From IMG/VR virus record IMGVR_UViG_3300050343_000013, positions 1 through 57,558 of that record: a DNA stretch of 57,558 nucleotides; one strand, written 5' to 3'. The position numbers were made by a program, and so were the translations under genes. Under the pieces are notes generated by a model. That model saw nothing but the letters and a program-made list of their open reading frames with translations. It did not search any database and was not told the DNA's origin. Source of the DNA: a virus (taxonomy: Duplodnaviria; Caudoviricetes). This document shows positions 39,715 through 47,713 of this stretch, in pieces (the stretch's first letter is position 1; the number at the start of each line of letters is the position of its first letter).

Positions 39715-39832
39715 AAATCCGATGGCAAAAGACCTTCGGCAACCTAAGTATAAACAACGAGCTATACCTGACAGAAAGAAGGGTGTAGTGCCTAGAAAGA
39801 AAAAGCACAAAGGAAAGGAGACAGAAGAATGA
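39695..39832 (+). CDS. 45-aa basic ArfA-like peptide (not in ORF track)
   Basis: MKDRYIKNPMAKDLRQPKYKQRAIPDRKKGVVPRKKKHKGKETEE. Confidence 0.6.
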   Translation: MKDRYIKNPMAKDLRQPKYKQRAIPDRKKGVVPRKKKHKGKETEE

Positions 39833-40002
39833 TGTACGTATTAGTATGGATGCAGCTGTTTAGTACACAGACAGTGGAGCACTATCAGTTGGGTAATTAT
39901 GCCACACTGGAAGAGTGCCAGATTGAATTGAGTAAAGCAGCTAAGATGGTAACACACAAGTCAGAGACAGTGGCTTGTCTGGAAGTAGAGGTACAGCAAT
40001 GA
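39829..40002 (+). CDS. 57-aa hypothetical protein (not in ORF track)
   Basis: AAGGAG RBS; MMYVLVWMQLF...YATLEEC...VACLEV; ATGA overlaps at both ends. Confidence 0.65.
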   Translation: MMYVLVWMQLFSTQTVEHYQLGNYATLEECQIELSKAAKMVTHKSETVACLEVEVQQ

Positions 40003-40196
40003 CACCAAGTGAATCAGCAGAGATAGAAGCAAAGAAAACATTCGAGGGCTTTATCAAGTGGGTAAAGGTTTCATTCTACTGGATCATGGCAATCCTAGTG
40101 ATCTTAGCATGGTGTAACTTTGGTGCAGATACTGAGACTGGTAGCCAATACAATGGTGAAGTCTATGCACCAACTAATATAGGAGTAAACAAATGA
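39999..40196 (+). CDS. aa3-type cytochrome c oxidase subunit IV (CtaH)-like membrane peptide
   Basis: Start MTPSE at 39999. KTFEGFIKW...IMAILVILAWCN resembles the CtaH TFxGFIK-TM-LAxxN pattern. Confidence 0.55.
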   Translation: MTPSESAEIEAKKTFEGFIKWVKVSFYWIMAILVILAWCNFGADTETGSQYNGEVYAPTNIGVNK

Positions 40197-40591
40197 TAGC
40201 TGAGATGCTTACATGTATAGCACTCAACGTGTATTACGAAGCACGTAGTGAGCCGTTAGAGGGACAATACGCAGTAGCTCACGTTGTGCTTAATCGTGTA
40301 GCTGATGATAAGTTCCCTAGCGATGCATGTAAAGTAGTTAAGCAAGGGTTAGAAAAAGGTATAGGTAGATGTCAGTTTAGTTGGTACTGTGATGGTAAAT
40401 CAGATACACCAAAAGAACAACGAGCATGGTTAAACTCTCAGCTTGTAGCACACAAAGTAGTACATGGGTATGTCAAGGACAATACCAATGGATCTGTCTA
40501 TTACCATGCAAACTACGTTAAACCTTTTTGGAGTAAACATTATAAACATACTGTGACTTTAGGATCACACATATTTTATAAAGGAGATTGA
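40193..40591 (+). CDS. Cell wall hydrolase, SleB/Hydrolase_2 family
   Basis: CIALNVYYEARSE, AVAHVVLNRV, CQFSWYCDG, YYHANYVKPFW and HIFY. Confidence 0.92.
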   Translation: MIAEMLTCIALNVYYEARSEPLEGQYAVAHVVLNRVADDKFPSDACKVVKQGLEKGIGRCQFSWYCDGKSDTPKEQRAWLNSQLVAHKVVHGYVKDNTNGSVYYHANYVKPFWSKHYKHTVTLGSHIFYKGD

Positions 40592-40594
40592 TCA

Positions 40595-40942
40595 ATGGGT
40601 AATAAATGGAACTACATTGGTACAAATTCTAAAGGAGAGGCTAAGTTTAAAAGGTATACTGAAGAAACATTAGAGTTTGTAAAAGATTGCTTAGACTCAA
40701 AAGGTATTGCTTATTTTGTACATGAAGCACAAAACCTAATTTTTATATATAAAGAAAAAGAACCAGAGAATAGATACAGCAGTCGGTATTCTTATTACTA
40801 TACAACAGGTAGATGGGGAAATGATAAACGTAGAAAACATTATCACTGTGATGGTATAGAACACTTTTTATCCAAGTATTACCAAACAGCAGAAGAAGAA
40901 AAGAAATACTGGGATTCCATAAAAGAAAAGGAAACAGGATGA
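40595..40942 (+). CDS. Hypothetical protein
   Basis: 115-aa ORF with a GGAG RBS and YYYTTGRW. Confidence 0.7.
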   Translation: MGNKWNYIGTNSKGEAKFKRYTEETLEFVKDCLDSKGIAYFVHEAQNLIFIYKEKEPENRYSSRYSYYYTTGRWGNDKRRKHYHCDGIEHFLSKYYQTAEEEKKYWDSIKEKETG

Positions 40943-41631
40943 TTGAAGTAACATACGTTGACCACATGGGTAGTGACTTGTCCGTGGTCAATGCAGCTAG
41001 GGTTAGCTTTGGTAAAAAGTCCGACTGGATGCCACGAGTTCACAATGGTGAGCAGTTAGTGTTGACACCCAAGGATGCCAAGCTAATATCCTACTTAGCT
41101 AAACATCAGCACAAGTCTCCGTTCAACCATGCGTTTGCTACGTTTCATATCAAAGCTCCTATCTTTGTAGCACGTCAGTTACAAAAGCATGAGTACATGC
41201 CTTGGAATGAGATCAGTAGACGTTACGTTGACAGTGAGCCAGAGTTTTACCAACCAGATGTTTGGCGTGGACGTAGTGCTGATAAGAAACAAGGTAGTGA
41301 GGGTGAAGTTACTATGGTAGACATAAGCGGCAGATTTCCTCTATCACCCAGAACAGTCCAAACTTTGTCAGATGGTAAAACTTTAGAAGCATACCGCAAT
41401 CTTATTGATGCAGGTGTAGCACCTGAACAAGCACGTATGGTACTGCCACAGTCTATGATGACCGAGTGGTATTGGTCAGGTTCACTGTATGCCTTTGCAA
41501 AGATGTGTGGACTACGTCTTAAACCTGATACCCAGTATGAGACTAGGCTTGTGGCAGAACAAATAGAAGATAAGATGACGGAGTTATTTCCTGAGTCATG
41601 GACAGCATTGAGGGCATATGATGACAGATGA
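40939..41631 (+). CDS. thyX: Flavin-dependent thymidylate synthase
   Basis: MGSDLSVVNAARVSF, HKSPF, APIFVARQL, NEISRRYV and EQARMVLP. Confidence 0.95.
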   Translation: MIEVTYVDHMGSDLSVVNAARVSFGKKSDWMPRVHNGEQLVLTPKDAKLISYLAKHQHKSPFNHAFATFHIKAPIFVARQLQKHEYMPWNEISRRYVDSEPEFYQPDVWRGRSADKKQGSEGEVTMVDISGRFPLSPRTVQTLSDGKTLEAYRNLIDAGVAPEQARMVLPQSMMTEWYWSGSLYAFAKMCGLRLKPDTQYETRLVAEQIEDKMTELFPESWTALRAYDDR

Positions 41632-41842
41632 AGTTATTCTTGATGGATGGTACGAAACAGAAGAAGGATTACTACCAGTTTACGAGACTGGGGATCACCT
41701 TGAAGAAATAGTAGATAGGCTAGTAGATTTAGACGAAGACTTTGGACATACCGATATGGAATTTAAACTTATATATCCAAGTGGTACAGAAGTTGATGTA
41801 GCTAAACTTATTAATTTTATTATGGAGAGAAAAGATGGGTGA
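41618..41842 (+). CDS. Acidic hypothetical protein
   Basis: 74-aa ORF overlapping the end of thyX. Confidence 0.65.
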   Translation: MMTDEVILDGWYETEEGLLPVYETGDHLEEIVDRLVDLDEDFGHTDMEFKLIYPSGTEVDVAKLINFIMERKDG

Positions 41843-41984
41843 ACAATACTGTACGACAAAAGGTCTCGGTTGGGCATTTTTAACTTGCATCTTCTTTCTA
41901 CTTGGTGTACCAGTGCTCATGTGGCTAGCATTAGAGGGGGCATCTTGGTATGAAAGATTTGACATGATGAATCCACTATGGTAA
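41835..41984 (+). CDS. 49-aa single-TM protein (not in ORF track)
   Basis: MGEQYCTTKGLGWAFLTCIFFLLGVPVLMWLALEGASWYERFDMMNPLW, with a GGAG RBS. Confidence 0.6.
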   Translation: MGEQYCTTKGLGWAFLTCIFFLLGVPVLMWLALEGASWYERFDMMNPLW

Positions 41985-42106
41985 AGCAAGAGCCACAAGA
42001 ATGGCACATTGATCGTAGAAAGGGAATATCAAAAGAGATACGCCCCATGACTAAAGAAGAACGTGAAAGAGCCAAGGAACGAGAGGAGGCTAATAATGGC
42101 GAATAA
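41978..42106 (+). CDS. 42-aa hypothetical protein (not in ORF track)
   Basis: MVKQEPQEW...IRPMTKEERERAKE fills the gap before the primase. Confidence 0.5.
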   Translation: MVKQEPQEWHIDRRKGISKEIRPMTKEERERAKEREEANNGE

Positions 42107-43709
42107 TGACAATCCACATCTGGCATGTCCGTATGTAGACTGTGGATCAAGTGATGCTTTTAACTGGAATGACGATGGCTTCGGTCACTGTCACTCCTGT
42201 TCGAGAGCATACCCATCGAAAGATATGCCGCAGGTATTCGATTGGGTAAGTAGTGAGTATCCATTAAAGGAGAGGAGAAACCCTATGGATATACCAATTA
42301 CGTCTCAGACGTATGAGGGCATACGTGGACTAGAAGCTGACGTTGCTGAACTGTATGGTATTGCAATACAGATCGGTGATGATGGTAGACCAGTTAGGTA
42401 TGCTTATAAATACCCACACACAGTCAAGTACCGATTGGTAGATGACAAGTCCAAGTCTTGGACAAAAGATCGTGGCATGGGTATGAACCATCTGTTTGGT
42501 CCTGAGTTTAATGCAGGGACAAGCCAACGCATCTATCTTACTGAAGGTGAGTTCGATGCTGCATCACTATACCAGATACTTGGTAAGACATTTCCGGTGA
42601 AGTCTCTACCATCTGCTAGTATTGGTGAGAAGTTTATTAAACACAATTACCTTTATCTGTCGTCTTTCAAAGAGATCATCTACGCAGGTGAATTAGATCC
42701 TGCAGGACGTAGGGCAGCAGACAAGTTGTATCAAGCCTTTCCAGATAAGTTCTGGTATGTACCGATGTCTAAGCACAAAGACGCCAATGATTTCTTACAG
42801 GCAGGTGATGGTAAAGATCTGATGTGGGCAGCTAAGAAGCCTCAGAGGTATAGCCCTGAGAACTTCTTCTGTTCTCGTGATGACTTCTCTCTTGCATTGC
42901 GTAATGAAAGTCCATACGAGTATATATCAACTGGTCATGCAGGACTTGATGAGAAGATACGTGGTATGGTCAAGGGTGGCTTGACGTTTATCAAAGCCCC
43001 TCGTGGTACTGGTAAGACTGAGGTGATCAGATACTTTGAGACTGGTCTACTGTCTAACGAGGGTGTTAAGATAGCCTTGCTGCATATGGAGGAGATGAAG
43101 TCTACAACTCTTCGAGCTATGGCTACCTACCACCTTGGATGTAATGTCCGTACTCATGAGGATGCAGGACGTAATGGTTACAGTCTCGATCAAGTAGAAG
43201 AAGCAGCAAACATTATTGCTGACTCAGAGAACAACAGAACGATTATCTTTGAGATGCAATCTCACGATGATCCTCTGAGCTTGCTAGACTATACTCGAAT
43301 GGCTGTAACTTCTTTCGGTGCAGACTACGTGTTTGTTGATCACGTCCAACGCCTAGCTTATTTATCTAACAGTGGTGTTGATGGTGCTACCAGTACATTG
43401 ACTACACTTGGAGCACGTATGGCACAACTAGCCAAAGAGCTAAACATAGGTGTGATATTTATATCACAGGTTAATGATGATGGTAGGACAAAGTATGCAG
43501 CCTCTCTTGAAGAAGAAGCAATTATATGTATAAAGATAGAAAGAGATGCAGAATCAGAAGATGAGATACTACAGAATACAACTGAGTTTATAGTGGATAA
43601 GAACAGACCCTTTGCTAAATTAGGTAAAGCAGGTTCAGTCTACTACGATCCAGAGACTACCATCTTATCTGAAGAGATTCCATATGAAAGGAGTGATATG
43701 GCAGCATGA
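42096..43709 (+). CDS. T7-like DNA primase-helicase
   Basis: Zn finger (CPYVDC...CHSC), TOPRIM TEGEFDA, KDAND, Walker A APRGTGKT and FVDHVQ. GAGGAGG RBS before the Met at 42096. Confidence 0.95.
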   Translation: MANNDNPHLACPYVDCGSSDAFNWNDDGFGHCHSCSRAYPSKDMPQVFDWVSSEYPLKERRNPMDIPITSQTYEGIRGLEADVAELYGIAIQIGDDGRPVRYAYKYPHTVKYRLVDDKSKSWTKDRGMGMNHLFGPEFNAGTSQRIYLTEGEFDAASLYQILGKTFPVKSLPSASIGEKFIKHNYLYLSSFKEIIYAGELDPAGRRAADKLYQAFPDKFWYVPMSKHKDANDFLQAGDGKDLMWAAKKPQRYSPENFFCSRDDFSLALRNESPYEYISTGHAGLDEKIRGMVKGGLTFIKAPRGTGKTEVIRYFETGLLSNEGVKIALLHMEEMKSTTLRAMATYHLGCNVRTHEDAGRNGYSLDQVEEAANIIADSENNRTIIFEMQSHDDPLSLLDYTRMAVTSFGADYVFVDHVQRLAYLSNSGVDGATSTLTTLGARMAQLAKELNIGVIFISQVNDDGRTKYAASLEEEAIICIKIERDAESEDEILQNTTEFIVDKNRPFAKLGKAGSVYYDPETTILSEEIPYERSDMAA

Positions 43710-45553
43710 TCGTATTTGATGTAGAAGCTAACGGATTGTTGGATCAAGCAACAAAGATACACTGCCTGTCTTATACCAGTGATGGCAAAGATTATAAAAC
43801 TATCTATGATTATTCTGACATGCGTGATCTGTTACTGTCTCAGCATGGGTTGGTTGGTCACAATATTGTTAGATACGATGTACCGCTTATAGAAAAGATC
43901 TTGGGTATCAAGCTAGAAGCTCGTTTGTTTGATACGTTACCAATGTCTTGGGTACTTAACTACAACCGTTCCAAGCATGGTCTGGAATCATTTGGTGAAG
44001 ACTTTGGTGTTCCCAAGCCACAGATCAATGATTGGCACAACTTAACTAATGAGGAGTATGCTCACCGATGTACAGAGGATGTAAAGATAAATTGGCTCTT
44101 GTGGCAAGATCTTCTAAGAAGGTTTATGTTTCTATACAAAAGCAAATTAAAACTAGACAAGTTTTTCCGATACCTAGAATTTAAGATGGACTGTGCAGTA
44201 GCAGCAGAAAAGTCTGGTTGGAAGTTAGATAGAGACTTAGCACAGAAATGTGTTGCTGATCTTACAAAGCAGAAATCTGACAAAGAAGCTGAACTCATTA
44301 ACGTAATGCCTAAACGAAAGGTGACTACCAAAAAGACTAGGCCAAAGAATTGTTTCAAGAAAGATGGTACAGCATCTGCTCATGGACAACGTTGGTTTGA
44401 TCTCCTACAAGAGAATGGTTTACCTTTACACTTTGATGATGAAGTTGAAGTCATTAAGAAGTGGGAAGATCCAAACCCTAACTCTACAGACCAAGTAAAA
44501 GATTGGCTATACTCTTTGGGGTGGCAACCTTGTACGTTTAAGTATGATAAAAATAAGGAGACAGGAGAGGAAAGAAAAATACCACAAGTCCGTAAGGAAG
44601 GTGAACTTACAGACTCAGTTAAACTAATTGCAGAAACTAATCCAATGGTAGAAGTGCTTGAGGGTTTGACTGTGATGCAACACCGACTTGGAATCTTTCA
44701 AGGCTTTCTTGATTGTGAAAAGAATGGTTACGTTATGGCTGAGATTGACGGTCTTACTAACACCTTACGATTTAAGCATAAGAAACCTTTGGTCAATCTT
44801 CCAGGAGTTGACAGACCGTGGGGCAAGGAGATACGTGGTTGCTTAACAGCACCAACTGGTTATGTCCTTTGCGGTGCGGATATGACTTCTCTTGAGGATA
44901 CGACTAAGAGACACTACATGCAGCCTTACGATCCAAAGTATGTACATGAAATGTCTCAATCAGGTTTTGACCCACACCTTGACTTAGCTAAACATGCAGG
45001 AGCAATCAAGCAGTCTGACATTGATGCCTATAACAGAAATGAACGAGACGACTTGAAAGCAATGCGTAAAAACTACAAGGTTGTAAACTACTCAGCTACT
45101 TATGGAGTAGGTGCAGCTAAGTTATCTCGCACTACTGGTATGAATATACCGCAAGCACAATCACTGCTTGATGCGTATTGGAATCGAAACTGGTCAGTGA
45201 AGAAGTTTTCCGAAGATCAAACTATAAGACAGATCAACGGAGAGATGTGGGTACAAAATCCTGTAAGTGGTTTCTGGCATTCACTTCGTTATGAGAAAGA
45301 TGTGTTCTCTACTCTAAATCAATCTACTGGTGCATATTGTTTTGACAAGTGGGTTGCATACTACCGAACACGTAGACCAAATATCATTGGTCAGTTTCAT
45401 GACGAGTCTATTAACCTAGTAAAAGAAGGAGAGCAAAATGCACACAGTGACATTTTAAACTGGGCTATTGAAAAACTTAACCAAGAACTTAAATTAAATG
45501 TTGACTTAGGAATAGATATACAGTATGGTCAGCGTTACAGTGATGTACATTAA
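43706..45553 (+). CDS. polA: DNA polymerase family A with 3'-5' exonuclease
   Basis: FDVEANG, GHNIVRYD, ADMTSLE, KVVNYSATYG and QFHDE. No CxxCxGxG DnaJ insert. Confidence 0.95.
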   Translation: MIVFDVEANGLLDQATKIHCLSYTSDGKDYKTIYDYSDMRDLLLSQHGLVGHNIVRYDVPLIEKILGIKLEARLFDTLPMSWVLNYNRSKHGLESFGEDFGVPKPQINDWHNLTNEEYAHRCTEDVKINWLLWQDLLRRFMFLYKSKLKLDKFFRYLEFKMDCAVAAEKSGWKLDRDLAQKCVADLTKQKSDKEAELINVMPKRKVTTKKTRPKNCFKKDGTASAHGQRWFDLLQENGLPLHFDDEVEVIKKWEDPNPNSTDQVKDWLYSLGWQPCTFKYDKNKETGEERKIPQVRKEGELTDSVKLIAETNPMVEVLEGLTVMQHRLGIFQGFLDCEKNGYVMAEIDGLTNTLRFKHKKPLVNLPGVDRPWGKEIRGCLTAPTGYVLCGADMTSLEDTTKRHYMQPYDPKYVHEMSQSGFDPHLDLAKHAGAIKQSDIDAYNRNERDDLKAMRKNYKVVNYSATYGVGAAKLSRTTGMNIPQAQSLLDAYWNRNWSVKKFSEDQTIRQINGEMWVQNPVSGFWHSLRYEKDVFSTLNQSTGAYCFDKWVAYYRTRRPNIIGQFHDESINLVKEGEQNAHSDILNWAIEKLNQELKLNVDLGIDIQYGQRYSDVH

Positions 45554-45568
45554 TAAAGGAGGCCAAAG

Positions 45569-46075
45569 ATGGCTACACGTAAAGTTAAATTAACTGGTAT
45601 TGCAGAGTGGGCAAAAGTATTCGAAACTAACCGTGACATGGAAGGTTTTGATGGAGTCTACAGAGATCATGATGGTGCTTGCACTATTGATCTCATCATG
45701 GATGAAGATAACTTATCCATCTTAAAACAATCACGTTCAATGAAGAAGGGTACACCAGACGGAGAGGGACGTGGTACTAAAGTAAAATTTATACGTAAGT
45801 TTAACACAGGAAAGGATTGGGATAGTGGTGCACCTATTGTTCAAAAGTCTGATGGTTCTACTTGGGATATCAGTTCTGACGGGACCATTGGTAATGGGTC
45901 TACTGTAGAAGTAGAGCTGTCCGTTTACGACACGAGCCGACCTAATATTGTCGGTACTAGGCTAGACAAGGTCAAGGTTGTTGACCATGTTGCCTACGTA
46001 GCAGATACTGCAGGGGATGATGCTTCGCCACCACCTGCGGCTCAAGAAGAAAAACAAAGCGAAGTGTTGTTTTAA
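45569..46075 (+). CDS. Single-stranded DNA-binding protein (gp2.5-like)
   Basis: IGNGSTVEV motif, an acidic tail ending in Phe, and position after the polymerase. Confidence 0.75.
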   Translation: MATRKVKLTGIAEWAKVFETNRDMEGFDGVYRDHDGACTIDLIMDEDNLSILKQSRSMKKGTPDGEGRGTKVKFIRKFNTGKDWDSGAPIVQKSDGSTWDISSDGTIGNGSTVEVELSVYDTSRPNIVGTRLDKVKVVDHVAYVADTAGDDASPPPAAQEEKQSEVLF

Positions 46076-46121
46076 CCTCCTCCAAAAACAACTAGTAGCC
46101 CTCTTCGGGGGGCTACCTTTT
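46066..46121 (+). ncRNA. Cuckoo-like anti-SD hairpin plus terminator in the SSB 3' end
   Basis: Stem GTTGTTTT/AAAACAAC with loop AACCTCCTCCA, then a GTAGCCCTC-TTCG-GGGGGCTAC hairpin and CTTTT. Confidence 0.5.
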
Positions 46122-46132
46122 AAGGATACAGA

Positions 46133-46909
46133 ATGAAAAAAATAATAGCAAATATGTCTAATCAAGATTACCACATGACAGATGGTATATCTTCCAGTGC
46201 AGTTAAAGCTGTGTATAAGAAATCATTAGCACATTGGAAAGGTGAAAAACGTAATGCAAACAATCCTGCTTTTGCAATGGGAAGTGCAGTACACGCCAAC
46301 CTCTTAGAGAAAGAACGTAATCTAGTCGTAAAAGGTCCAAAGACTAAATCTAGTGTTGCTTTTAAATCTTTAAAAGAAAAGCTTACTGAAGATCAAATAC
46401 TTCTAACAGAGGTAGAATACAACGTAGCTAACTGTATAACCAGAGGTGCATTAGAGAATCCAATCTGCGCATCTCACCTTAATAATCCAGAGAGATTAAA
46501 TGAAGTAAGTATCTTCGTACAAGATCCTATCTCAGGTCTCATGCTTAAGACAAGACCTGATCTAATGATTGAGTCAGAACAAACAGTTTTTGATGTTAAG
46601 ACAACACAAGATGCTAGTCCTAAAGGTTTCTTAAAAGAGTGTATAAAGTATGGATATTTTCTACAAGGTGCTCATTATGTTTACACTTGTAAATTAGCAG
46701 GGTATGACGTAAAGAAATTTTCTTTTATAGCTTGCGAAAAAACTGCACCGTATGTTTCTCACCTACATGTTATGGGTAATGAGATTATGCATTGGGGTAT
46801 GAAACACCTACATAAAACTCTAGCTACTATTGCAAAGGCAGAGAAAGACTCTGATTATGGTACAGACTGGGGTGACTATACCGTTATGGAAAAACCTCCT
46901 TGGTTATAA
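46133..46909 (+). CDS. PD-(D/E)XK exonuclease (RecE/DUF3799-like)
   Basis: YH...ISSS, GSAVHANLLE, KTRPD, DVKTT and YFLQGAHY. Confidence 0.85.
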   Translation: MKKIIANMSNQDYHMTDGISSSAVKAVYKKSLAHWKGEKRNANNPAFAMGSAVHANLLEKERNLVVKGPKTKSSVAFKSLKEKLTEDQILLTEVEYNVANCITRGALENPICASHLNNPERLNEVSIFVQDPISGLMLKTRPDLMIESEQTVFDVKTTQDASPKGFLKECIKYGYFLQGAHYVYTCKLAGYDVKKFSFIACEKTAPYVSHLHVMGNEIMHWGMKHLHKTLATIAKAEKDSDYGTDWGDYTVMEKPPWL

Positions 46910-46915
46910 TCAATC

Positions 46916-47257
46916 ATGTCAAGAGCAGCTAAAGCAAAAGGTAGAACTGGTCAGAATGAAATCAGAGATAAACTATTGGAAGTATTTCCAGAGTTTGAAG
47001 AAGATGACATCAAGTCCACAACTATGGGAGACACAGGTGAGGATATTCAACTATCTCCTGCAGCTAGAAAAAAGCTACCAATAACTATCGAAGTTAAACG
47101 TAGAAAGTCTGGTATGAAAACTGCCTATGACTATATGGAACAAGCCAGTAAACATGGAAAAGGTGAACCAGTAGTGTTCTTTCGAGCTGATAGAAAGTCC
47201 TGGATAACAATGATAAGTCTTGAGCACTACATGGACTTATTAAAAAATTGGAAATAA
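46916..47257 (+). CDS. Holliday junction resolvase-like endonuclease
   Basis: AKAKGR...GEDIQLSPAA...IEVKRR. Confidence 0.75.
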   Translation: MSRAAKAKGRTGQNEIRDKLLEVFPEFEEDDIKSTTMGDTGEDIQLSPAARKKLPITIEVKRRKSGMKTAYDYMEQASKHGKGEPVVFFRADRKSWITMISLEHYMDLLKNWK

Positions 47258-47258
47258 T

Positions 47259-47498
47259 ATGAAGGTGAAAGTGTGGGGTGTTATGGAAGGTCCAATAGCA
47301 GTAGAAGAAATTGAAGATGATGATATACCATTGGATTCTAATTACTTTTTAGTCTGTAAGTCAGAGATAGATGGTATTATGGGTGAAGATAATTTTTGGT
47401 TTGAAGACTTTGATTCTGCTTACGAATGGAAAAAGCATTTTATGAAAAGTATTGAGCCATTAGTTGTTGACATGCCAGATGATTCTGGGTATAACTAG
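47259..47498 (+). CDS. Hypothetical protein
   Basis: 79-aa acidic ORF. Confidence 0.7.
   Translation: MKVKVWGVMEGPIAVEEIEDDDIPLDSNYFLVCKSEIDGIMGEDNFWFEDFDSAYEWKKHFMKSIEPLVVDMPDDSGYN
47467..47497 (+). promoter_or_regulatory. Sigma70-type promoter for the nucleotide-metabolism genes
   Basis: TTGACA-N17-TATAAC(TA). Confidence 0.75.
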
Positions 47499-47509
47499 GG
47501 GTCTTTCCA

Positions 47510-47671
47510 ATGGAGTTTGAAATAACTTTAAAGATAATAGTTGATCCAGATGCGAACTTTTTAGAAACATTTGGCAACAATTCGGATGTAATTATGGAAT
47601 TAGTACAGGCTAGCTTGTATGACATAGATGATATTGTAATAGAAGAATGTGAGGTAAGACGTGATAAATGA
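47510..47671 (+). CDS. 53-aa acidic protein (not in ORF track)
   Basis: MEFEITLKIIVDPDANFLE...LYDIDDIVIEECEVRRDK, directly after the promoter. Confidence 0.6.
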   Translation: MEFEITLKIIVDPDANFLETFGNNSDVIMELVQASLYDIDDIVIEECEVRRDK

Positions 47672-47713
47672 AACAGATATAGAAGCCTTTAAGTATTACA
47701 ACTCTTTAGATAT

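Noticed and set aside
38400-39900. tRNA gene or tRNA-derived attP near the integrase
   Set aside because: No cloverleaf or TPsiC (GTTCGA/GTTCAA) arm was recognisable by eye, here or in 32-33.5 kb. A tRNAscan run is needed to exclude one fully.
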